A stretch of 64,000 nucleotides of DNA from Antedon mediterranea (GCF_964355755.1 NC_092670.1:36630388-36694387), one strand, 5' to 3'; shown: positions 39,901 through 51,906, counted from the first letter of the stretch. Translations and numbers: made by a program. The notes: generated by a model from the sequence alone, not told the origin.

Positions 39901-42900
39901 GACATCATATGTGACACATATGTGATAATTTATTATAGAAATTGCCTATATGATACTTGGAAAATGTGCACAATTATTCGTTCAAATCGATTTAAATTAC
40001 AAATCTGACGTAGTTCCCATCAATTAAACTTTTATCTATTACTATTATTAGGCCTAAGCTATTCATTCTATTAAATGAATATACATTAATGCCAATTGTT
40101 ATTCTACAAACATCTGCTCAGTGCGGCACTACAAAGTCTATACAAAATAATCGTCTAGGAGTAACTTGGATTTTTTTTAATTTCCGCAAATGTAATCACA
40201 TTTCAGCTAAAGTACATCTTGATATAATCAATTCAAGACAGACGGTCAATAAACTATTTTGATGGTTCGGTTTTAAAGTTTGCGCTTAAAATATAACCTA
40301 AAGTTAGGGTTGTGTTTCAATTATCAGTAATATATTATTATGTATACAGTATCATAGGGACATTATGTGATACATTGTCACATATGTATCGCATGTGACG
40401 CCTGTGCCATAGGCCTATACCGTAACCTAGCATACATGCGCCACATGTGGTACATAATGAAACAGTGCATTACACAATTAGTCTAGGCCTAGGGAATACG
40501 GGATACGGACAGAGAATCGGGTGCTAAATGAACCTCGTTCATTCATTATTTTAATTAATAATTAGATGAAGCTTCGCAATAGTTATCTAGGCAGATGTCT
40601 TATCATGTGGGTTTTTAATTTCTATTTAGAGGGTCGAAATGAAATTAGGATATTAATCCCAATCTATATATTGCTCTTTGATCATCAATACCAAACCGCT
40701 TATAATTTGTGTTTTTGTATACTTAAACCGATAGCCCACCGTAAAAAACTCATTTTGTCAATTCATTAAAAATAATTACTTTATTTAAATACATGCTGCT
40801 AAATAAATGATTTCTTATTACCTTGTCATTAAAAACATCTGCAGTCGCAAGCTATTGAAATTGAAAATGCAACAATACATTTTCATAGTGAAGCCAATTC
40901 TATTTAATACATTTAGGCATATTTTGATATAGTATCACATGTGATGCCTACTGTAGGACCTAACCTTAATATGATACGTATGCCACATGAAACACTGTAT
41001 TACAGCATTATTATAATGATACTTAGTATAATGCTATATGGGATACAGCAGAGATTTGGGTAAATATGTGGGCCTTATTTACTAAATCAGTATCTATGTG
41101 TTGAAGTATAGGCTTGGTTCCTACAAGTGCGCAATGCAAAGACGTAATCGCAACGCAAGTGCTTTAACCAATCACAGGTGATGGATTAGTCGAACTGTCA
41201 TTTGTAAAAACGCTTGCGTTACGTCTATGTACTTTCGTTTCATTTTTTCCGTCAACATTTGCATTTCTTAAGTTCAGTCTACACCAACTTGATTTGAAAA
41301 AAAAAAATGTGATGTGCCCATAATGAACATGATGATGTTATACCACTACCTTAATAAGCATATCATTAGGCCTACTCTATTTGAGTACATCACACTTTTT
41401 ATTTTCAAACTAATCTAGTTTTATGAACAATTGAATCAAGACCAAGTATCGTATGTTGCTCTCTTTGTAACTCATTTCTCTCAAATTATGCGGGTGACAT
41501 AAAAACAAAATGGCGACGCGGCAAATAACAACTAATTATATAATCTTTCAAAGACCTAGATATTCATAACATTACAATTCGATTACTATTATTCTCCAGA
41601 TGGTTATAACACCAAAGAGCTTATGTTTAGATGGAGAAAGGACAATCCGCTTAACATGGAGCCGAACATGGCAATACCTAGATTTATTCTAGACAATGCA
41701 ACCACAAATGACTCCTGTATCAAAACATTTATAACAGGTGAATATGCAAATAGCTAACAGCATATGCTGTAAAAATAAAAATATACAATAAACGTACTTC
41801 AAATATTATTAATATATTTTTTTAAATATTTCGACTGATCGTAAAATAAAATTTAAACAATCTAAAATATTAACATAACTACAACTTTAACGGGCTAACT
41901 ACAGTTTTTATCGGACTGTTAGACAGGGACGGAAGGGTAAGATTACAAAATAGACCTACTATTAAATTAGACCTATTTAAAAATAACTCTGAATTGAATA
42001 CCCGTCCCCACCCTTTAAATTCTAAACCAGCCACTGATTGTTATATTATATGGTATAATTCTATAAGCCAATAATCATACTCACTTTTATTTCTGTAGGT
42101 AATTTTAGCTGCGCAAAAGTACACTTTTACCTCAGTCGTCAAATGCAGTCATACGTGCTTCAAGTATATATACCCAGTGTGCTACTTGTGGTAATATCCT
42201 GGTTGTCGTTTTGGATAGACGCCCGAGCCGCACCAGCGCGTGTCGCACTAGGCATCACGACGGTACTAACCGTTACGACGATGACAGCTGGTATACAAGA
42301 GACATTGCCCGCTGTTACGTACGCTAAGGTACGTAACTTATTTTGAAAACATGTGACAAATACCGTAGTACTCTTTTGTTTATTACTTGCAGCTGCAAAG
42401 CTTGGTTCCTACTAGGACAAAAACGCAACGCAAGCGAGTTGACCAATGACAAGCGACAGTTCGAATAATTCATCGCTTGTGATTGGTCAAATCCCTTACG
42501 TTGCGTCGTTGTGTTACGTTTCTAGTGGTAACCACTGCAGCAAACTAATGTGCAGTAATAGTGACGCGTCTACTGCAGTGTAATTTTAATTACAGGCACA
42601 AACGTTTTAAAGCGCACGGTAATATTATAATGAAAATGAATTAATTTAAAAAAGCGTAAAAAAATGTTTAAACTGTGAAAATAAGGATTGGTTCCCACTT
42701 GGACGCAACGCAAGGACGTAACCGCATCGCAAGTAAATTGACCAATCACGACGCGATGGATCATTCAAACTGTCGCTTGTAATTGGTCAACTCACTTGCG
42801 GTTGCGCGTACGTTGTTACGTTGCGTCCAAGTGGGAAGAAAGCTAAAGAAAAAGCTTTCCCACCGAGATTCGAACTATCTGCTTGATATGTAGATGTCCT

Positions 42901-45804
42901 AACCATTATACCACAATAGGCTTTCATGGTACTCTAACTCTAACATCCTCATGTTGAAATTAAAACATTTGTTTATTTTCCAGGCTATCGATATATGGAT
43001 GGCAATGTGTTTATGCTTCGTCTTCCTTTGCTTATTTGAATATGCACTTGCAAACTATTTTCTGGTAGTTGAGGTAAGAATTGGAATTTATACTACAAAC
43101 GCAAAAAATCATGATTTAAAGTATGTATTATTTTAAAGGAGGATTGATCAATGAACTTTAACATTGAACAATATTTGTGATAACAGACAAAATATCATTC
43201 ATAAATCATTTCCCTGTAATTACACGAAAAGATACGTCAATTTTTCTATGTGATTTGCTTGCACGAGAAACGATGCGTCAACTTTCTGTCTGTTATTGAC
43301 AAACTGTGTAACTGACTTGTTTTTTCTTTTAAATAATTATTATTCAGACGTGGTTTTCCATCATTATGCATCTCGTTTGAAATAATTTGTCTATCGGTAG
43401 CTGGATGCTGGCGATCTATATTATCTATTACACCTCCTTAGGGTTTCAAAAACACATCCTAAACTTTAATAAAATTAATGATATCATTCGAATGCTTTCT
43501 AAACTACAATGATGGATGTGTCTGTGAAGCTAATGTTCTATTAGAACTATCTTCTTATCTATAACTGATTCAAATAATTTTGTATAATTATCTAATTAAG
43601 CAAACGAATGTATAATTATCCAGATGAATGAAATGATTTATGATTTATTATATGATGATTTTATATATAATTTTTTTAACATTTTCATTATTTTTTTTAT
43701 TCGGTAACTAATTATTATATACGGCATCTCGTAAATGCTAGTTAAATCATTACACTAAAAGCCGATTTTCGACTTTGTTCTCGCAAATCGAAAGCGTAAA
43801 GAGTGATTTGGAAGATAGAAACATGAATGTGTGTACAAAACTACAAGCTGGCGCTTTCGAATCGCGCTAACTTGTTCACTTACTTGGTTTTGGAGCTCAG
43901 CATTTGCTGGGTCCGGATTCCAGGCTAGGCTATGCCTATAAGCCACTCTTGAAAATAACATCAACTCTCGAATATGGCGCAAATTTTAGAGGGTAATTGG
44001 ATCATGCCTGTTCGAGAACTGATTAAAATTGATTTGTTGATCTTGAAGATACTACATCCTCCGGTAACGAATTCCATAGTATAGGCCTAATAGCTTTTCG
44101 ACCAACAAAGTGGAAAATCGGCTTAAGGCTGATAGTTTGCTGCGATTTTGCTACTACATACTAAGTACACTGCTACTAACACTGTGTTACTACAACAAGA
44201 AGAGTGTAAATCGTTCATATACTACTACTTCGTTAGTACACATAGATATATTGATATTTTTTTAACACAATTGTTAGGCCTGTAGTTGTTTAAAACCAGT
44301 GATGCCTCAAATTGCAACTCATTTTTACAGCTATTAGAGTTTAGTCTACTTTGACTTGGTTACTTAATCTGCTCTTAATACTAGTTACAGTACAGTTTGC
44401 TGAAGTTGTTATATATAATCTACCTCACTACTTTATTTTATAAAATATTAATTAATATAATTATAATATAACAATTGAGCACAAAGATATGACACTTTAC
44501 TATCACGCCACTACCAACTGAAAACAAACTAAAACCGCATACATCGTCATTCTGCGAGTTAAAACAAATATAAAAATCGTTTGTGGTGAAATGACTGAAC
44601 TTTTACCTAATATTACTTAGACTTAGATAGGCCCAGGCCTATACACATTTGATATTAAACACTTAATCCATTGAAAATTCCGAATTAAATTTGCGTATTA
44701 CTAAAATCATGACAGGAAATCAAGCGAGACGAGAAACCCGACGAAGAACTAGTCGTGATGGTAAATATGCAAGTAAATAAAAACTGACAATATATAATAT
44801 TAATGTCTATTCACACAAAGGTGCCTATGGAAACGTACACTGTAAGTGTCTCTAAGAGAAGCACTCGAGAAAGACCATTGCACATCACACACCACATTGC
44901 ACACATCACATTGTCCAACCACGCATGCGTATTGTTCTGGTCCTTCGTGATTTAAAATGTGGTCGACTATGTTCATCATTGTCAATCATCCTCACTATAT
45001 CCTCACGATGGTTAATCTATTAGACCCATAATAGGCTATTTCATAGGATGCCTACGATTATTTACGGAATCCCAAATGCATGAACCAAACAGGTGTTTGG
45101 TTACTTCTCTAGGAGAGTAGTAGGCCTACTCTATAGGAGTTGTATGTTATACACGATTCGCACTATCCGCGCGATTTTAACCCAAATGTTAACCCAAAAG
45201 TTGAAACAGCGCAAGGCAGTTTTCAGTAAATATTATAAATGTGTTATTCTTCATTTAATAAAAATATAATGCATGAAATAAAGATTTAAATGATAAAGAA
45301 TATCACGTTTGTTGTTGTTATTAGAATTCGTAAAGAGCCAATAGGCATGGTATTCAATACAGCCGCCAAACAATAGTCACTCGTATGGATGGAACATAGA
45401 ACATTTGGGGTTTGTTTAAAATAGATTAGAGGGTATCACAGGATAAAAAAAAAATGCGCAAAGTTTCAAATCTCGTAAAGAAATTTCTTAAACTACAACA
45501 CAACACATATCTTCAAATAATATTCTGTATTAAAATTTTATAGACAAATCTCAACAAGAATGGCAGCATGCTAGAAGGTAACACCAATAGTTTCGAACTT
45601 CAGTCATGTCAGCAAACCATAAGCAACAACCAAGAACCAAAGAGCAGCAAAACCGAAATCAACGAGCCACACTTACGCTTCCGATGGATGCGTCACATTA
45701 CTGCTAGAAATTTAGATTACTCCGCTAGAATAGTATTTCCTCTCCTATTTGTAATATTTAACTTACTATACTGGCCCACATATCTATCAAAAGAATGTCC
45801 GTAA
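18930..45804 (+). CDS. Cys-loop ligand-gated anion channel subunit, glycine receptor alpha/GluCl-like (whole gene model, ~427 aa)
   Basis: Exons 18930-18988, 30032-30123, 32068-32135, 32977-33194, 37786-37868, 41600-41737, 42099-42328, 42984-43073, 44716-44760, 45544-45804 join in frame (1284 nt). Motifs: HDARLRP, RQEWHDPRL, WVPDVFF, Cys-loop CDMELQHFPMDCQIC, loop-C disulfide CIKTFITGNFSC, M1 YIPSVLLVVISWLSFWI, anion-selective PAR motif, M3 AIDIWM, M4 ARIVFPLLFVIFNLLYW. The 68/83/138-nt exon sizes match the usual GABA-A/GlyR gene layout. Confidence 0.93.
20031..23718. mobile_element. 3.7-kb non-autonomous TIR element carrying an internal satellite and a SINE fragment
   Basis: Perfect 32-bp inverted repeat CATTAGGCGCAGGAGCCCCGGATAGCGTTACG at 20031-20062 and 23687-23718. 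It interrupts a minisatellite that continues on both sides. No transposase ORF seen. Confidence 0.85.
21060..22745. repeat. Hierarchical tandem repeat (21-bp and ~65-bp subunits ending in TAGCACA)
   Basis: Units tt(c/a)tttcaaatggatagcaca (1-5 copies) alternate with ttaggtagcacaatcaaatggatatagtactgtacattattctatacggattatcgggtagcaca. Confidence 0.95.
23719..24065. repeat. ~45-55-bp minisatellite (also 19980-20030, split by the TIR element)
   Basis: Repeated aggcctaaagtaagggta...aaatccaaccagg(g)aattgaagag. Confidence 0.85.
24304..24498. mobile_element. Family-C MITE (TIR like family A, different core). Other copies: 27525-27885, 28258-28427, 49733-49908
   Basis: TAA...TAA flanks; core ggtttgatttcacgcaggcgggggcaaacacaattatcggaagggcattttc. 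Confidence 0.85.
25870..25970. repeat. ~21-bp minisatellite, 4-5 copies
   Basis: Unit gttgttgaatagacnaaaatg. Confidence 0.8.
30032..30123 (+). CDS. Channel exon: SIANNLTSATSDILDDLLENHDARLRPYIK
   Basis: tctgcag acceptor, gtaagt donor; N-terminal helix and D-x-R-x-RP motif. Confidence 0.92.
30414..30932. repeat. Tandem triplication, 173-bp period
   Basis: Near-identical units starting cttgttctaacaccag at 30415, 30588 and 30761. Confidence 0.95.
32068..32135 (+). CDS. Channel exon: GPPITVTLSAHVESLSSIKESTM
   Basis: 68-nt exon, tttcag/gtaagc boundaries; beta1-beta2 region. Confidence 0.92.
32977..33194 (+). CDS. Channel exon: loops D, A, E (DYVITMFFRQEW...HVMLSMR)
   Basis: Lies within ORF 32971-33198; ttgaag acceptor, gtaggc donor. 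Confidence 0.95.
33390..33867 (+). mobile_element. 3' stub of an L2/CR1-group LINE
   Basis: ORF2 C-terminal-like peptide LFRTYC..YCATLW...YNNGLRMLL..PRHCSASLMF, then aataaa and a (TTGAA)n tail. Confidence 0.75.
34012..34176 (+). ncRNA. Putative structured RNA element (three-way junction), unknown family
   Basis: Nested stems paired by hand with several G-U wobbles and no A-C mismatches on +; followed by a T12 run. Confidence 0.5.
37786..37868 (+). CDS. Channel Cys-loop exon: RISLTLACDMELQHFPMDCQICSLNIES
   Basis: 83-nt exon, C-x13-C containing FPMD; ttgaag/gtaagt boundaries. Not in the supplied ORF track. Confidence 0.95.
37930..38330. repeat. Degenerate (GAT/GAC)n microsatellite just 3' of the Cys-loop exon
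   Basis: Triplet repeat with a thrice-repeated aacgataataagagaatgataaagatggtgacgac block. Confidence 0.95.
38359..38560. mobile_element. Harbinger-like MITE with GC-rich core
   Basis: Imperfect ~38-bp TIR: aatagg-aatctttcgatttacgatgatcgacaaccaaa versus the reverse complement aataggggagctttcgttttccgacgaccggttaccaaa. Confidence 0.65.
39300..39575 (-). mobile_element. Diverged copy of the same SINE family
   Basis: Shares ccggggtaacccctactc, atagtccttatc, ctcgaaccc and cttaaccgctcggcc with 52003-52341. Confidence 0.75.
41600..41737 (+). CDS. Channel exon: loops B, F, C (YGYNTKELMFRW...SCIKTFIT)
   Basis: 138-nt exon, ctccag/gtgaat boundaries. Confidence 0.94.
42099..42328 (+). CDS. Channel exon: end of loop C, M1, M2, M2-M3 loop
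   Basis: GNFSCAKVHFYLSRQMQSYVLQVYIPS...APARVALGITTVLT...LPAVTYAK; ctgtag/gtacgt boundaries. Confidence 0.96.
42984..43073 (+). CDS. Channel exon: M3 (AIDIWMAMCLCFVFLCLFEYALANYFLVVE)
   Basis: ttccag/gtaaga boundaries; M3 signature. Confidence 0.95.
43760..44123. mobile_element. TIR element containing a LINE 3' fragment
   Basis: TIR agccgattttc(g/c)actttgtt at both ends; the minus strand of ~44045-44088 reads GPILWNSLPEDVVSS. Confidence 0.65.
44716..44760 (+). CDS. Probable M3-M4 loop exon (EIKRDEKPDEELVVM)
   Basis: gacag/gtaaat boundaries, 45 nt, phase 0-0, charged sequence. No conserved motif to anchor it. Confidence 0.6.
45544..45804 (+). CDS. Channel terminal exon: intracellular loop, M4 and stop
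   Basis: ttatag acceptor in frame with ORF 45568-45804; LDYSARIVFPLLFVIFNLLYW, ends YLSKECP-stop. Confidence 0.93.
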   Translation, partial: TNLNKNGSMLEGNTNSFELQSCQQTISNNQEPKSSKTEINEPHLRFRWMRHITARNLDYSARIVFPLLFVIFNLLYWPTYLSKECP

Positions 45805-48800
45805 AAGTTAACTGGCATACTGTAGCCTACATTGGAATATACAGGACACTGTTCGCAAAGGTTTACTGATTTTTATTCGAAGAAAATTTGGGCAGTGAAA
45901 TTTGCAACGTAACCGACTAGAACGCATTTTTCGGTACAGTATTTGGTCGCGAGAGGTAGGCCTACGGAGGAAGATATTTATGAAAAGGATGCAACCTATG
46001 GTTAATACTTGTTTCCCACTAGAGACGCAACGCAAGGTGATTCACAATCGATGGATAATTCGAACATTTACTTGTCATTGGTCAACTTACTTGCGTTGCG
46101 CTTACGTCCTTGCGTTGCGTCCTAGTGGTAACCAAGCATTAGTTGCACGAGAAGATGGAAGCATTGATTGAAGATATTATTTTTATGATCGATTTATTTA
46201 GCCTACATTTGTCGTAGATCAAAGCACACGATGGATGTAACACATTTACTGAAATAAGATGAATATATGTTCATAATAAAGTTTGTTGTACAAAGAACTG
46301 TTGAGTTTCTTGACGTTTCGATTGATTATAAATTTGATCGTCCTCATGAGTGAGAAAATACCTTCAATCACGTGGTCTTGAGGACGACCAAAGTTTATTG
46401 ATCGAAACGTCGAGTGACTAAACATTTCTTTGTATAACAAACTTTATTATCAACATAAATTCATGTGTACCGCAATTGTTACATTTCATAAACAGCATAA
46501 TATTAGATTCCTATTACGATTAGGCCTAGGTGTTTCACCAGGTTTTCCCTCTTGGATTTATGATCAGTAAAGAATATGCATTAAAGAGTAGTGAATTGAG
46601 GGTATCATAGATTTTGTGATTGGCTGAAAAATGATGTTTTTCTATAACAATTTTAAACGTAGGCCTACTATGTAGCTTTTGTTATACGTAACTAGGTATG
46701 CATTTAATTACGTTATGCTGTGAATGGCGATGATGCTTAAATACATTTAAATATAAATGGAGGAATTCATAATTCATGTAATAATGTTGTTTTCTGACAT
46801 GTTGATCCAAGTTGGCTCTAATCAGGTATAACATTGCTGGCAATTTTTAAGCTGTCGCAATTGTTGTTTTAAACACTGCAATATTTGTGCACTGTTAAAT
46901 TTTGTAAAAAAAAATAAATATATAAAAACCAAAAAAATAATAATAATAAACGTAGGATATAATGTACAAATAAAATTTATTTGATAGCTTATTAGGTAAA
47001 CATTTCTTGATTTGACCAACAAAATCGAATTGAAGTGCGTTTAGAAAATTGTTAAACGGATACGAATATTTTCCACACAATTATATACAATTGATCAATT
47101 TTTAAAAATATATGATTATTTTGAAGGAAGACAGTGTGTATTATAATTTAAGACGTCTGTCGTATAATTTTTATTCTGAAGTTTGTGGGAGAAAGAAACA
47201 GCAAATCATGTTTATAAAACGTATGCATAATTCACGGAGACATTTTGTTGGTTATAAATTAAGCTTACACGATACAATGTCCTGAATAATATTACTGCTA
47301 ATGAATTCAAATAGAAATTAATTGTACAATGAGTAAACTAACGTCTCCGTTATGCGTATAAATCGGGTCTATTATAACTAAAGGTCTATTAATACAGTTG
47401 ATCGATTACAAAATTGCAATGCTATTTTTGTTTGCAATATATTTTAGAAAAGTGAGAGAAATTGGGCTCAAGAAACGTTGAGTGTTCTGTCGTTTTGAAT
47501 AAAGTGTTAAAAGATTAATAAGAGTATATATATATACTGCATACTTTGTATTCACACTGATACAGGATAATTTATTACTGTGTGTATAGGTATTGCCTTT
47601 TAAAAACCCGTAGAAAACTGCATTTAAATGTACTGTACATATTTAATATATAGAAATACAATATTTACGATTAGTGTGAATAGTGTGTGAAAAGGCTAGT
47701 TTCTTGGTGTCAATGTGAAAGGTTGTTTTTCACGGATTACCAGTTTGCTTCTCTAAAGCTCTGTCTACACTATCAAAAAAGTGTGATGTGGCCAAATATG
47801 GTAGTGATATGACATCATCGTGTCTATATGGGCACATAACATTTGTTTGTGTTTAAATGTCTGGGCTGACATCAATCGTTTTAATCTATTCAATATAGTG
47901 CTAAGTGAAAAAAGAGGTTTAGTTATAAAACGAGCTTTTTATACGGCTATAAATTAGACTTCAAGATAAGCATCTAACTTGCATTATATACACGGTACAC
48001 TTAATAACTTATATTATGATAAAGATTTTTCTAAGAGAAAATATTTCACCTACATTTATACTGTGTCGTATTTGCTTAGCCTAAGGGTTTTCCTGGCCTA
48101 CAAAAAAATAGTTTGATAACGTTATATTTGATTTGTTATATTGTGCAATATATTTCTGTCAGAATCCATTTGTAACCTACCCTCCAATAAGTCGTTCTAC
48201 ATACATATAGTTTTATAGCATCATACGCAATAAAAAGATAAGAGATCAAAAGAACGCAAATTTTTCTTATTTCGTTTTATTTTTAGTAGGCCTAGTACTA
48301 TCATGAATAAACACTAAAACAGATGGTTAACAATATATACAACGGATTGGCTCAGAGAAAAATCTACACTTCGCTTTAAAGCTTGTGTCCCATTCGGATG
48401 CGACGAATATAACTCTGTCTTTTTTTATGTGATCAAATATGGTAGTGATATGCCCAGATATGGTACTGTAGAGATATGACATCATCGTGTACAATAAGCA
48501 CATAACGTTTGAGGTAGTATAGGCAGAGCTTTAGAGCAACGCAAGTGATCAGACCAATCACAAGCGATGGATTATTCGTTGGTGGTCAACTCGCTTGCGT
48601 TGCATCTACAGCATTGCGCTGTGTCCTAATATAATGGGAACCAAGCCTTTTATTTTTTTTTTCGTATTTACCGCAGTACATCACTTGGTATCTACATTGT
48701 GTTAATAGATCTGTTCAAGGCTTGGATATGGAAAAACACAATGAAAGTTCTCATTTAAAATCGGTATGGACTAACAAATTACAAATTAATTAATCGTATT

Positions 48801-51709
48801 ATTAATAATCAATGTAAATTTATTATTCATATCTTTTGTCTTTTTATCCAGAATTATGTTAAGATTTGTAAAACATATTGGATGGTTCTCTTAGAATTGA
48901 GTCATAGTTAAAATAATAATAATGGATTGTTTTGTATAATAACTTTGGTTTTTTTTGTGTGTCCCCAAAACTATATTATTAAAGTTGTACAAGGCTGGGC
49001 TTTGTAAAAAATATTTAATGTCCAACTTAGAATTGAGTATTATCGCTTCAGAATAAAAAATAATTAATTGTATTATTAATCAATTTTAATTAATCTATTT
49101 ATCATTACTTTCTCGTCTCTTCATCCAAAATTAATGAGATTTTACAAGACTGATCTACAGTATGTACAACGCATGGGACAAATTACTTAAAATGCAGTCA
49201 TGGTTGGAGAATAAAAATGAAATTATGAATTATTTATTTATCAATATTAATTCGTTATAACTTTTTCATCAACGCGATTTAAAAATTCATCTCCGAGCTT
49301 TCCATTTCCGAGCTTTCCATTTCCGACGAGTAGGACTTGTGTGTTTTTGTTCGAAGTCGTTTACTAAAATTGATTTCGATTTTTTGACAACCAAAATAAT
49401 GTGTTGAAATGTCCGTGTTTGGGTGGGATACAGAATATAGGCTTGAAACCTGGACCAAGAACTGACATAAATTGGGTACGACAACAAGCGAGGATTTGAA
49501 ACAAATTGTCAAACCATGGTGATATAAATAGTTCACTATAATATATCTATGGTAAAAATTAAAACAAGCGTATTCACACAATAATTTGACGTGATACCGC
49601 AGGAGGTTTCAGCAAATCGAATAATTCATTTAATACGGACACATCGTATACCTACTACCTACCATGGTGAAATAACAAACCAATGTAGGCCTACTAAACA
49701 TTGATTATTCTTACTTCATAAATCATATCGCTAATACAACACGCAACGGAAGAAAATGCCCTTCCAATAATTGTGTTTGCCCCCGCCTGCGTGGAATCAA
49801 ACCTACGATGTTTGCAGCACTATTGCAACGTCGGTTCCCACTTGTGATTACGCAATACAGCACTTTCGTCGATACGTCGCTGCGTTGCGTTCTAGTGGGA
49901 ACCATGCTTTAATGGCTGGGTTAATAGAAACTAATCATGGGTTTCGTTGTATAGTATTAAAACAATGTATGTATTCTACCGATAAAAGATAGACATTGTT
50001 ACATTTCAATGTGCATTGTTTTGTCGTTGGTATTAGTAAATTAAACATCGATATTATTAGATTCAAATTGATTTAAAATAAAAATAAAAACAATTCAACA
50101 TCTAAAGTTTTATACAAATAAAAATTCTAAAATGTTAGGTTTTCTAACAATACATTGGCAGTGGAATAATCGAAATTTATAATAAAAATATTAAAGTCTT
50201 CCCTCCGAGGAGAGTTGAACTTATAAACTAATTTCGTTAGGCCTAAATGAACTGATAATAAACCCTGTCGATATGACCTATTCTACTATACAAACTCGTC
50301 AGGTCTAGCCCTGATAAATCTTAAAGTAATTGTCCCCCTGAAAAAACAATTAAAATTTTTTTTTTTAAATATGCCATTTTAATGTCACATAATAGTTTTT
50401 TACTTTTACCAAAAATTGGATCGAAAAAAAAAAATTTCACCCGAAAAAACTGTAATTTAAAGCAAAAAATAGCCAAATTGGCTGGCAGCCAATGGGCTTT
50501 TGGTTGAATTTAATCATTCATTTTGTCATTTTATTAGTGAAAATATTATTTTTCCGGGTTTTTTTTACGGACGTGATAAAGTTTGTTAAAACTACAAAAT
50601 GGCCTATTCAAGTCTGATTTTATCAATCTTCATTTTTCATGTTACCTCTGTATCAAAAAGTAGGTGGTTAATTACTGTTGAATCGTGGGTCGGTTAATAG
50701 ATTAATTGAGTGCAATTTATGGCGACGATTGATCTCCTTAATGAATCCAGCACGAAGTAAAGCAACGTTATTTTGGGATTTAGAAAACGATTGGAAATTA
50801 TACAACCAACATAGAAACATACTCTACGTTTTAAATTCTAGATGCATCTACATGTAATTAATTAAATTCACTGAATTCATTAACCTACATTAAAAAACAA
50901 TTAATTATACTGGGGTTAGATTCACAATAGATAAAAACAATTTCATTCACTAAAAATTTAAAAAAACGGTGAAATTGTAATTATGCTACATGCTTATTAA
51001 TATCACATTTATAATTGTGTTTTAAAATAAAGTTTGCAGGAAAAAGACCTCCGAATAACAATTTCACTAGCTTGTTATTAGAGTATAGGCCTATATTAAT
51101 TCCATCAAATTACACCATAAGCAGGAATAGTTACAGAAGCCATCGCAACGCTGTAAATTCTCTATTGGTTTGTGGTGTGTAGTGTATGGTGTGGCAAGTG
51201 TGCATAAATTAGCCCGATTGCTCATTAGTTAAGCTGTAATAATTTCTCTAATATTTATGCACACTGTCCACACCATACGCCACACTTAAACATTGATATT
51301 CCTCAAGCTTAATGACTTATTTTTTACGTATGTTTATAAACCACCTAAATAATTAAACACAGTTGGATAATCAAACCTCATTTACCATAAACAAGGATAC
51401 AATACATATATAGGCTCACTCACAACTCGAATAGAATGATGTCATCAACAGTGATTCAACAAAACTCTACATATCTAAACACATTGCCTATACTGACCTA
51501 GATAAAAAACAACTAATTCCATTTGAATATTGAAATACAACACACTTTTAAAAATTGGAATAATCTATGGTTAATAGAAAACACCTGTGTATACAAGTTA
51601 ACATTAACACATTTCATTGTACAGAACATTATGTAGAATTCAATTAATTTTAATGTCAGACTAAATCCCTTATAACCAATAATTACATTATAAATCATGT
51701 TTCGACATT

Positions 51710-51906
51710 TCACCTACGACGCTTTGTTTCTGGCGACGCTCCCGAAGGTCCTCCTGCTGACCGACGACTGGATGTTCTGAGGCTAGGTGATGAGGTATTA
51801 TTAAGACGTCTTCGAAGCGGATCCTGTTGGTTGGTAGTTTCTGAAGGACCCTTTGGTGCCGGTCGTCCGCGGCCATTTGTTGTTATTGTCGATGATGATG
51901 TCATTC
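51710..51906 (-). CDS. SMCHD1: SMCHD1 probable terminal exon (disordered basic tail ending ETKRRR-stop)
   Basis: In frame with ORF 51710-51904. The stop overlaps a possible AG|gtga donor, so a further exon cannot be excluded. Confidence 0.8.

Noticed and set aside
33195-41599. Apparent absence of the Cys-loop exon (a 'Cys-less' receptor)
   Set aside because: The exon is present at 37786-37868; it is simply too short for the ORF track.
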